Of a stretch of 64,000 bases of DNA, positions 1 to 6,673 are shown one piece after another. The stretch is taken from the IMG/VR virus record IMGVR_UViG_3300031952_000008, positions 1 through 64,000 of that record. The stretch is one strand, 5' to 3'. Under the pieces are notes generated by a model that saw only the letters and a program-made list of their open reading frames with translations, was not told the DNA's origin and searched no databases. The DNA comes from a virus. Position numbers and translations under genes: made by a program. Every line of letters starts with the position of its first letter. Position 1 is the stretch's first letter.

Positions 1-1
1 A

Positions 2-151
2 GTAGAGAAAACAGGTGAAGATGATATGTTAAAAGATTATAATGGGGTATATATTAATTTTGTCAAAATTGGGATTAGATTATACAAAGCAAAAGTAGTT
101 AATAATATTTTGAAAGAGTTTGAGGAGGTGAGAAACTATGAAATTGATTAA
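2..151 (+). CDS. partial micro-ORF of the cassette array (5' end outside window)
   Basis: Frame open from the window edge; ends ...ILKEFEEVRNYEID*, sharing the ILKEFEE tail of later ORFs. Confidence 0.6.
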   Translation, partial: VEKTGEDDMLKDYNGVYINFVKIGIRLYKAKVVNNILKEFEEVRNYEID

Positions 152-362
152 AGTGAGCTTGAAGATTGGAAAAAGTAAAGAATATATCTGTGGTTTTCAT
201 AATGGTTATATTAGTGGACTTGCTGACCAGAAACAGAAAATGATTCAAATTATTTATAAATATTTTCCAGAAAAGCCAGTTAGGTGTTTTGCAGAAGCGA
301 TGAAAAATGGAAGTAGTCAAGCATTAAGAAGAGATATTTTGAAAGAGTTTGAGGAGTTGTAA
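138..362 (+). CDS. hypothetical micro-protein (LADQK...ILKEFEEL family)
   Basis: SD GGAGGTG upstream; shares blocks with 668..862 and 1795..2214. Confidence 0.75.
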   Translation: MKLIKVSLKIGKSKEYICGFHNGYISGLADQKQKMIQIIYKYFPEKPVRCFAEAMKNGSSQALRRDILKEFEEL

Positions 363-518
363 ATGAAACCAACAATTAAACCCGAAGATTTAAGTTTATA
401 CTGTGTAAACTTAGAACGAGATAAGTATTGCCCTATCGTTAAAGATTTCATCATGAATGGTTATGCGAGTGTTAATCTTTGTGGGGGATGTAATAAATTC
501 AAATTAAGGAGAGTTTGA
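363..518 (+). CDS. 51-aa Cys-containing micro-protein (not in ORF track)
   Basis: MKPTIKPEDLSLYCVNLERDKYCPIVKDFIMNGYASVNLCGGCNKFKLRRV*, directly after a junction repeat/SD. Confidence 0.65.
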   Translation: MKPTIKPEDLSLYCVNLERDKYCPIVKDFIMNGYASVNLCGGCNKFKLRRV

Positions 519-528
519 GGAGTTGTAA

Positions 529-663
529 ATGAAACCAAAAACAAATCTGGAATATTGTTATGGTTGCAATAGAAAGACAAAAAGAGTTAGAACTAAGGAA
601 GGAAGTTATTGTCCTTTTTGTAAGAAAGAGGCGATAAAACAAAGAAAAAGTTTGAGGAGTTGA
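529..663 (+). CDS. 44-aa zinc-ribbon micro-protein (not in ORF track)
   Basis: MKPKTNLEYCYGCNRKTKRVRTKEGSYCPFCKKEAIKQRKSLRS*; two CxxC motifs; SD in the repeat. Confidence 0.7.
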   Translation: MKPKTNLEYCYGCNRKTKRVRTKEGSYCPFCKKEAIKQRKSLRS

Positions 664-667
664 AATT

Positions 668-862
668 ATGAAAAAGAGTAATATAAGGTTTGTTTGTCTT
701 AATGAAGCTATTTGCCCAGTAATACCTCAAAGACTTGCTGACCAGAAAGCAAAGATGATAGAAATGTTTATAGAAGAATTTAATGATGATATTTATACAA
801 GCACAAGGTTAGAAAGAAAGTGGGATAATTTAAAGAAAGAGTTTGAGGAGTTGAAACTATGA
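668..862 (+). CDS. hypothetical micro-protein (LADQK...KEFEEL family)
   Basis: Shares LADQKxKMI and KEFEEL with 138..362. Confidence 0.75.
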   Translation: MKKSNIRFVCLNEAICPVIPQRLADQKAKMIEMFIEEFNDDIYTSTRLERKWDNLKKEFEELKL

Positions 863-1344
863 AAGATGAACAAAATAATCAGGATTGTAAAGGAGTACAG
901 AATTGCAGAGGTTGTATTGAGTGCCATAACTTAACTGGGTGTGATAACTCAACTTGGTGTGATAACTCAACTGAGTGTAATAACTCAACTGGGTGTAATA
1001 ACTCAACTGGGTGTAATAACTCAACTTGGTGTAATAACTCAACTGGGTGTGATAACTCAACTTGGTGTGATAACTCAACTTGGTGTAATAACTCAGCTTA
1101 TTGTCTGTATTGTTCTGATTTAGTTTTAGAAAAGTTTATGGTATTTAATAAACCAGTAAAAACAAAAGATGCATTCAATAAAATAAAAGAAAAGATACAA
1201 AACAAGTTAGGATATTATAAACATCCAAAAGATTTAACCAAAGAAGATATTGGTTGGTTAAAGAAGAATATCAAGCAATTTAACCAAGAAGTCTTAGACA
1301 AGATAATAAATGATAGTATTAAAAGTGATAAACCAAGAGTTTGA
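859..1344 (+). CDS. Cys-rich hexapeptide-repeat protein
   Basis: Ten C-x-N-S/L-T/A-x units; SD in the junction repeat. Confidence 0.75.
   Translation: MKDEQNNQDCKGVQNCRGCIECHNLTGCDNSTWCDNSTECNNSTGCNNSTGCNNSTWCNNSTGCDNSTWCDNSTWCNNSAYCLYCSDLVLEKFMVFNKPVKTKDAFNKIKEKIQNKLGYYKHPKDLTKEDIGWLKKNIKQFNQEVLDKIINDSIKSDKPRV
922..1101 (+). repeat. tandem 18-nt repeat, 10 units (TGTRATAACTCAACTKRG)
   Basis: Contiguous units at an 18-nt period from 922; first and last units are degenerate. Confidence 0.95.
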
Positions 1345-1353
1345 GGGGTTTAA

Positions 1354-1458
1354 ACGAAACAAACTTGTTGGCACTGCAAAGGAACAGGAGTGATTATGGT
1401 AGGAAGTTTCGCTGTAAAGTGTCCAACGTGTGATGGAACAAAAGAGGTGGAGGTCTAA
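1354..1458 (+). CDS. 34-aa DnaJ-type zinc-finger micro-protein with ACG start (or decayed start)
   Basis: xKQTCWHCKGTGVIMVGSFAVKCPTCDGTKEVEV* has CxxCxGxG and CxxCxG; context TAA-ACG-AAA mirrors TAA-ATG-AAA in sibling junctions. Confidence 0.6.
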   Translation, partial: TKQTCWHCKGTGVIMVGSFAVKCPTCDGTKEVEV

Positions 1459-1523
1459 AATGAAATGGTATACTACCGATAAAACAGTTTTTTATGTGCC
1501 CGACTATAATGTGTGGTGGGTGA

Positions 1524-1721
1524 ATGGATAAGAAATTATTTGAGAAAACATTAGAAAGAATAAAACATTGGCAAGTAAGAATTCCGTTCTTTATAAAGAA
1601 GTTAACAAAAGAGGAAGCGTTCATTCACGGATTCGATGCTGGTTACAGATGTAAATTATCCGAATTAGAAGATAAAATACATAGATTTACTCCAACATTT
1701 GTTTTTAAAGAGAAAAAATGA
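1524..1721 (+). CDS. hypothetical protein
   Basis: ORF track; GGTGG SD-like motif upstream. Confidence 0.6.
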   Translation: MDKKLFEKTLERIKHWQVRIPFFIKKLTKEEAFIHGFDAGYRCKLSELEDKIHRFTPTFVFKEKK

Positions 1722-1789
1722 AATCGAAAAAACAATTATTTGATTCAGAACACATAATAGGTTTATTGAAAACGTTTGAGGAGTTGTGA
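1718..1789 (+). CDS. 23-aa micro-ORF ending in the junction repeat
   Basis: MKSKKQLFDSEHIIGLLKTFEEL*; ATGA overlap with the upstream stop. Confidence 0.45.
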   Translation: MKSKKQLFDSEHIIGLLKTFEEL

Positions 1790-1794
1790 AAAAT

Positions 1795-2214
1795 ATGAAA
1801 CCAACCGAATATATTAAAGAAAAAAATGGATATAAAGAAGATGAAATTATGTGGGATGAAGGAAAAGACCAAGAAATAGATTTTGGAGATTTAGATGAAA
1901 AATTCGTTGAAGCAACACCAGAAGTTAGTCTTATACAAGCAACTACTAATAAATTGTTGAGAGATTATGCTACAATAAAAGAAGCTTTCATTATAGATGA
2001 ATTGCAAAAGTATATGGATTTATCTAATCCATCAGAACCGAAATGGGTTGAAAATGTTAGATTAAGATTGCAAGAAAAGAAAGATTGGGAAATAGAGAAA
2101 GAACAAGCTCTTGCTAACCAGAAACAGAAATATAAAGATATGTTAAAAAATAGTTTAAAATTGTGTGGATATTGTAAACATCAGATTTTGAAAGAGTTTG
2201 AGGAGGTAATTTAA
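1795..2214 (+). CDS. hypothetical protein (LANQKQK...ILKEFEEV family)
   Basis: ATG at 1795 follows the repeat SD; C-terminal blocks shared with 138..362. Confidence 0.75.
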   Translation: MKPTEYIKEKNGYKEDEIMWDEGKDQEIDFGDLDEKFVEATPEVSLIQATTNKLLRDYATIKEAFIIDELQKYMDLSNPSEPKWVENVRLRLQEKKDWEIEKEQALANQKQKYKDMLKNSLKLCGYCKHQILKEFEEVI

Positions 2215-2742
2215 ATGGGAATAAAAGAAGAAAAACAAGCAGTTAGAGATACTATAAAAGCCAGTACTAAAATGGTTACTTTCTATAGAACAGAGGCTAG
2301 TGATAAGGTAATTAATGATTTGAAAAAATTAGATATATTTATAAAGGCTAAAAGCATATGTATTTATAAACCTTTCGTTAATGAAATAGATACTATGCCA
2401 ATTATAAAAGAAAGCCTTAAACTAAATAAAAAGGTTTATATACCCAAGATTACTCCCAAAGGTATGGAACTTCAAGAGTTAGAACGATTAATTGGAGAAG
2501 AAGAAAGATTAGATATATTTAAATATGGGAACATATATGAAGGAGATGTAGAACTGATATTGGTACCAGGAGTAGCTTTTGACCATGAAAGAAATAGGTT
2601 AGGTAGAGGACAAGGAAACTATGATAAGTACCTTTCCAAACACAAAACTTATTCAATAGGTTTAGCTTTTATGGAACAGATAGTAGAAAAGTTACCAGTT
2701 GAAGACCATGACCAGAAAGTTAATCTGGTAATATTTGGTTAA
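2215..2742 (+). CDS. 5-formyltetrahydrofolate cyclo-ligase (MTHFS/YgfA family)
   Basis: LILVPGVAFD..RNRLGRGQGNYDKYL and LPVEDHD signature motifs. Confidence 0.9.
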   Translation: MGIKEEKQAVRDTIKASTKMVTFYRTEASDKVINDLKKLDIFIKAKSICIYKPFVNEIDTMPIIKESLKLNKKVYIPKITPKGMELQELERLIGEEERLDIFKYGNIYEGDVELILVPGVAFDHERNRLGRGQGNYDKYLSKHKTYSIGLAFMEQIVEKLPVEDHDQKVNLVIFG

Positions 2743-2762
2743 TCGCATTATCGCCAGTTAAT

Positions 2763-3068
2763 ATGGTAAACGTAAAAACTAGATTAAAAGGAACTGATGG
2801 AACCAATAACTATGAAATAGAGATAGCGTCAATAGGTAATGAATGGAGAATATTTAGAAACGGAATAGAAATGACCAATGTAGAATCCTTCCATATGGAA
2901 GCAACCCCTAATAAACCAACCGAAGTAGAATTATTAGTATTTAAATTCGATGAAGATGATAGTCCTCTTTATATAAATGAAGTATTACAAACAATGTATA
3001 TATCCTTTTATTTAACAGAAATGGTATGTTTAACCAATAATAGGTTTTTGATGGATTTGGAGTATTAA
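2763..3068 (+). CDS. hypothetical protein
   Basis: ORF in a tightly packed operon. Confidence 0.6.
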   Translation: MVNVKTRLKGTDGTNNYEIEIASIGNEWRIFRNGIEMTNVESFHMEATPNKPTEVELLVFKFDEDDSPLYINEVLQTMYISFYLTEMVCLTNNRFLMDLEY

Positions 3069-3069
3069 A

Positions 3070-3387
3070 ATGAAAACAATAAAATATTTAACATTAAGAG
3101 TAAATAATAAGATTGTAATATTTTATGATTGGGAAATACATACTGGTATGTTTACAGATTCATACTTTTATGGTTATGTAGTAGATAGTTTAGTTCCTGA
3201 ACAAATAGGTAATGAATATATGTTAATCGGAACAACTATATCGACAACTAATTTATTTGGTAACAAACAAAAAATAATATTTAGTGAAGACGTTGAAGAA
3301 TTGGAATTAGAAGAATTTAAGATACCTAACTGGTTTGAAAAGTTAGTAAGTTGGTTAACATTAGACCAAGAAAAAGAACTAATATGA
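3070..3387 (+). CDS. hypothetical protein
   Basis: ORF in a tightly packed operon; GGAG SD. Confidence 0.6.
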   Translation: MKTIKYLTLRVNNKIVIFYDWEIHTGMFTDSYFYGYVVDSLVPEQIGNEYMLIGTTISTTNLFGNKQKIIFSEDVEELELEEFKIPNWFEKLVSWLTLDQEKELI

Positions 3388-3581
3388 AAACTCCTAAAAC
3401 TTGTAAAGGTTGTTTAATATGGAAGAAATATCATCGTAAATGCCACTTTTTTTGGGAGAATAAAAATTATTGTTCTAAATTTACAGATAGAGAATTGGAG
3501 GATGTTAAAGATGGAATTAGCATATGTGTCGGGAAAGTATCGGGGGAGCTCGCCATCAGAGATTTACAACAACATAACTAA
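3384..3581 (+). CDS. small Cys-rich hypothetical protein
   Basis: ATGA overlap start; CKGC..C..C. Confidence 0.5.
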   Translation: MKTPKTCKGCLIWKKYHRKCHFFWENKNYCSKFTDRELEDVKDGISICVGKVSGELAIRDLQQHN

Positions 3582-3855
3582 GGCTAGAGATGTAGGTATT
3601 AAACTTTGGAAACTAGGCTATTGTGCGATTGTTCCGCATTTAAACACACAATTCATGGATGGTATAGTTCCCGATAATGATTTTTTAGAAGGAGATATTG
3701 AAATATTAAGTAGGTGTGACTTTATAGTTATAATGGAAGGTTGGCAAGAAAGTAAAGGAGCTAAAGAAGAAGTTAAGTATGCTAAAGAAAACCAGATACC
3801 AATATACAAGTTCGTAAAAGGAGATAAATTGTCTCCGGTTATAATCATGGATTGA
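3502..3855 (+). CDS. DUF4406/nucleoside deoxyribosyltransferase-like Rossmannoid protein
   Basis: YVSGKYRG..PH..LSRCDFI..GWQESKGAKEE pattern. Confidence 0.7.
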   Translation: MLKMELAYVSGKYRGSSPSEIYNNITKARDVGIKLWKLGYCAIVPHLNTQFMDGIVPDNDFLEGDIEILSRCDFIVIMEGWQESKGAKEEVKYAKENQIPIYKFVKGDKLSPVIIMD

Positions 3856-3926
3856 GTATGAGCGATGATAAAATTCGGATGGTCCCGGCTGAGCTTTGAA
3901 GGGTTACGCCTTCCATACTCAATTCA
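3848..3926 (+). ncRNA. candidate structured RNA: three-way junction with a box C/D-type k-turn
   Basis: P1 3848-3860/3914-3926 (13 bp); AGC-GAUGAU...CUGA-GCU k-turn arm; P3 GAAGG-GUUACG-CCUUC; GC-rich island in AT-rich DNA. Confidence 0.55.
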
Positions 3927-3939
3927 AACAATCGTAACA

Positions 3940-3957
3940 TTTATATATGAGAAGATT
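3940..3957 (+). promoter_or_regulatory. archaeal TATA promoter with downstream GAASAT element
   Basis: TTTATATA-tga-GAAGATT. Confidence 0.65.
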
Positions 3958-3982
3958 CATATACTATTATAGGTGCTATAAA

Positions 3983-4255
3983 ATTAGACTTACCCTATCA
4001 CAATCCGAAATTGAAAGTTGTATAAAAACTAAGATGCCTAATATTTCTAGTTTCGAGTGGAAGATTAAAAAACGAAAAGAAGGCAAAGTAAATATAACCA
4101 GCATTGAGGTTATAGTGGATACACCAATCGAAACATTTATAAAGGAGAAGAAACAAGAACATATTGTATCTCCTATAATTACTGAACAGAAAGAACCAGT
4201 AGGTGGCTCTCCTTTAGCTATGAAACCCACTAGAGTAATGGGTCCTACTATTTGA
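3983..4255 (+). CDS. hypothetical protein, probable ATT start
   Basis: The track ATG (3947) overlaps the TATA box; SD AGGTG lies 7 nt before in-frame ATT 3983. Confidence 0.55.
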   Translation: MRLTLSQSEIESCIKTKMPNISSFEWKIKKRKEGKVNITSIEVIVDTPIETFIKEKKQEHIVSPIITEQKEPVGGSPLAMKPTRVMGPTI

Positions 4256-4263
4256 GGTAAAAA

Positions 4264-4392
4264 ATGGGAAAAACAAAACCTAAATTTAGAAAGGATAAGA
4301 ATATCTGTATAGAATGTGGAGCTTGTACAGATATGAGTTACAGCGATGCCATAGATATTTGTCCTGTTGAAGCTGTATTACGAATAGATTGA
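4264..4392 (+). CDS. 42-aa single-cluster ferredoxin-like protein (not in ORF track)
   Basis: MGKTKPKFRKDKNICIECGACTDMSYSDAIDICPVEAVLRID*: CxxCxxC plus CP; SD GAGGT. Confidence 0.75.
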   Translation: MGKTKPKFRKDKNICIECGACTDMSYSDAIDICPVEAVLRID

Positions 4393-4401
4393 GGAATTAA
4401 A

Positions 4402-4746
4402 ATGGAAGAAACTAATAATACTGAATTTTTAGAAAGTGAAATTGATGAGTTTGCCGAACAACTATCCGATAAAGACCTTGAACAATTAGGTGATTGGGGT
4501 CATCCACAAACGGCCGAAACCAAGCGAAAGATAGCAAAGAGTTTAATGGGTAAAAAGAATCCAGCTTATAAAGATGGTCGTAGATTAGATTATCGTAAAA
4601 TGAAAGGTCTTAAAAAAGGAGACTCAAGAGTAGTTCATCATAAGGATAATGACCGAACAGACAACAAACCAAGTAACTTAAAGGTTGTATCTAGAAAGAC
4701 ACACGAAGGACCTCTCCATCACAGAGGTAGGAATTTTAATAAGTGA
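4402..4746 (+). CDS. HNH endonuclease with NUMOD3-like motif
   Basis: ETKRKIAKSLMGKKNP; VVHHKDNDRTDNKPSNL..H. Confidence 0.8.
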   Translation: MEETNNTEFLESEIDEFAEQLSDKDLEQLGDWGHPQTAETKRKIAKSLMGKKNPAYKDGRRLDYRKMKGLKKGDSRVVHHKDNDRTDNKPSNLKVVSRKTHEGPLHHRGRNFNK

Positions 4747-4755
4747 GGTAAAATC

Positions 4756-4953
4756 ATGGTAAATTTTCATATACTTAACGGTTACCAACTGATTGAGTTA
4801 ATGCACCACGCTAATAAAGAACAACTAGCTATTTTTGAAAAGATACTTAATGAACAGAATATAGGGGATAGTGATGGTGGTCTTAGTGTTAAAAAACTTA
4901 ACAAGTATGTTGTTGGTTATAATAAAGCATTAGAAGAAGTTAAGGATGTGTAA
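4756..4953 (+). CDS. hypothetical protein
   Basis: GAGGT SD; operon packing. Confidence 0.6.
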   Translation: MVNFHILNGYQLIELMHHANKEQLAIFEKILNEQNIGDSDGGLSVKKLNKYVVGYNKALEEVKDV

Positions 4954-4955
4954 TT

Positions 4956-5264
4956 ATGAGAGATATTGAAAGAATAGACCGGATTTTAGGAAAAATTAGA
5001 GCCTTATGGTTTAAACACCCCGACCAACGGCTGTATCAATTACTTATAAATGATGGACTATTTCCTGATGGGCCATTATGGAACGTTGAAGATGATAAAG
5101 TGGAAGAACACTTAAAAGGAGTTAAGGTGGTAAATATGAAAGCAGAACTAGGTAAATTAACTGGAGAAGAAATGAAAGTTTTTGATAAACTCATTTCCAA
5201 AGATGGTGGTTATGTAGAAGCCACTAATTACTTATTAAAAAAAGGTAAATTAGTTATAAAATAA
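4956..5264 (+). CDS. hypothetical phage protein
   Basis: MRDIERIDRIL..W..HPDQRL.QL motif typical of small phage proteins. Confidence 0.65.
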   Translation: MRDIERIDRILGKIRALWFKHPDQRLYQLLINDGLFPDGPLWNVEDDKVEEHLKGVKVVNMKAELGKLTGEEMKVFDKLISKDGGYVEATNYLLKKGKLVIK

Positions 5265-5285
5265 CGTTTTTCGGAGGCGGTTTCG

Positions 5286-5477
5286 ATGTTAAGTTTAGTT
5301 AAGTTATTTAACCTAATCATAGGTAGTATTTGTCTCACTATCATTATTTCATTTTTTTTATATTGGCTCAAACGAAAAAAGAAAAAGAAGAAAGAGAAAC
5401 CAAACAACGAAATAATAGTGGAAGAGAAACCTACATCAGTTAGAAGTACCACTGTTAATAACTACTATCATTTTTGA
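5286..5477 (+). CDS. small membrane protein
   Basis: N-terminal TM helix followed by a poly-Lys stretch. Confidence 0.6.
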   Translation: MLSLVKLFNLIIGSICLTIIISFFLYWLKRKKKKKKEKPNNEIIVEEKPTSVRSTTVNNYYHF

Positions 5478-5485
5478 GGGATAAA

Positions 5486-5689
5486 ATGATAGAACTACTC
5501 TTAATTCTTATTGCTTTAATCATTTGGGCCATGGCTGGCGACCTTAAAGAATATGCCGAAGATGGTAAGTTAGGAAATCATTACAATACAATTAATAATA
5601 GTTATAATGGTTGCGATGTTAAAAACAACTATGATGGCGAATATGAAATAATTGATGAGGAGGAAGATTTTTATGAGCGACGAAATTAA
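5486..5689 (+). CDS. small membrane/secreted protein
   Basis: GAGGG SD before ATG 5486; hydrophobic N-terminus. Confidence 0.55.
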   Translation: MIELLLILIALIIWAMAGDLKEYAEDGKLGNHYNTINNSYNGCDVKNNYDGEYEIIDEEEDFYERRN

Positions 5690-5948
5690 AAAAGAAGGCG
5701 TTAATAAAGAAATAAACCAAACAGATAAAGTAAATCAAGCAGAGGAAGAATTAAATAAATCAATGTATTTCTACCATGAAATACTGGAAAAATTAGGTAC
5801 TGATGCTATTTGTTTTAAATGTAAAAATAAGTTTGAGAAAAAGGATGTTAGTCAAATACTTCCAGTAAGAACTTGCGACCCTGGATTGGCTGTATTTGCT
5901 TCCATTTGTTTGGATTGCTATTCTAAGCTTTCAACGGCTAAGAAATAA
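5652..5948 (+). CDS. zinc-binding hypothetical protein
   Basis: CFKC..CLDC. Confidence 0.6.
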   Translation: MMRRKIFMSDEIKKEGVNKEINQTDKVNQAEEELNKSMYFYHEILEKLGTDAICFKCKNKFEKKDVSQILPVRTCDPGLAVFASICLDCYSKLSTAKK

Positions 5949-5962
5949 ATTGAGGTGCTAAA

Positions 5963-6490
5963 ATGGCTGAAAAAGAAAAACTCCCAAGTTGGGATATGAA
6001 AAAAAGCATACCAATAGATGGTAGTGCTGAAGTAGTATTTGATTGTTCAGTACCAGTAAAGGAAGGAGTATCAAAAGGTAAGTTTGGTTCTTTCAACTGG
6101 CATTTATGGTTTGGTCATGTTGTTAACCAGAGCGTATATTGGAAAGATGAAAAAAGAGAAGAACAGAACTATACAGGAAAGGCATTGATATTTCCTTCGG
6201 ATTTTATTAATGATAAATTAATAGAAATCTGTGATGGAAATGAAGGTGTTAAAGTAAGAATAACAAAGACAGTGGTTGAGAAACAAGGAAAGTTATTTAA
6301 GAACTTTACAGTAGAAAAACTAGAGGGGGGTACAACCCTCTCTAGAGACGAAGACCACTATGTTCAAGACTTAACTAACCTTAAAAAAGATGGTATAGTA
6401 ATCAAGGAATCAGATGCTATCCATATGGGAGTTTCGGATTATAAGTTTAAAGAAGAACGGGCTAAAGAATTGTATAAGATGGTGATGTAA
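5963..6490 (+). CDS. hypothetical protein (possibly SSB-like)
   Basis: Beta-rich, aromatic, and at the head of the replication block; function is a guess. Confidence 0.6.
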   Translation: MAEKEKLPSWDMKKSIPIDGSAEVVFDCSVPVKEGVSKGKFGSFNWHLWFGHVVNQSVYWKDEKREEQNYTGKALIFPSDFINDKLIEICDGNEGVKVRITKTVVEKQGKLFKNFTVEKLEGGTTLSRDEDHYVQDLTNLKKDGIVIKESDAIHMGVSDYKFKEERAKELYKMVM

Positions 6491-6492
6491 AT

Positions 6493-6666
6493 ATGCCTAT
6501 ACGGGTCTGGATTATGACTTTGCTGGAATATTCGAATGGTAAAGCTACCATTATTAAAAGTTTTTCCAAACCCGCCAAAGAAAGTGATGTAAAATTTAAG
6601 ACAAAAGAACCCATAAGTAAGATAGAAGTTAATAAGAGTTCGGGAGAGGTTGATATGTTTGGTTGA
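6493..6666 (+). CDS. 57-aa hypothetical protein (not in ORF track)
   Basis: GGTGA SD; MPIRVWIMTLLEYSNGK...; fills the gap between flanking genes. Confidence 0.5.
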   Translation: MPIRVWIMTLLEYSNGKATIIKSFSKPAKESDVKFKTKEPISKIEVNKSSGEVDMFG

Positions 6667-6673
6667 TACACGA

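Larger units (their letters stand above)
116..2208 (+). repeat. dispersed 15-nt junction repeat GAGTTTGAGGAGTTG, 8 copies
   Basis: Copies at 116, 345, 511, 648, 839, 1337, 1772 and 2194, each at an ORF end just before the next start; contains an SD-like GAGGAG. Confidence 0.9.

Noticed and set aside
922-1101. 18-nt tandem repeat as a CRISPR array
   Set aside because: Units are contiguous with no unique spacers, and they encode an in-frame peptide repeat.
857-1123. Alternative-frame ORFs 941..1123(+) and 857..1078(-)
   Set aside because: They are by-products of a stop-free 18-nt repeat; 859..1344 has the SD and non-repeat flanks.
116-2208. Junction repeats as a CRISPR array or integron attC sites
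   Set aside because: Repeats are only about 15 nt and non-palindromic, spacing is 140-500 bp of coding sequence, and no cas or integrase gene is in the window.
3848-3926. tRNA gene
   Set aside because: No D arm or anticodon arm, no TTC T-loop consensus, and the closing stem is 13 bp; kept only as a structured-RNA candidate.
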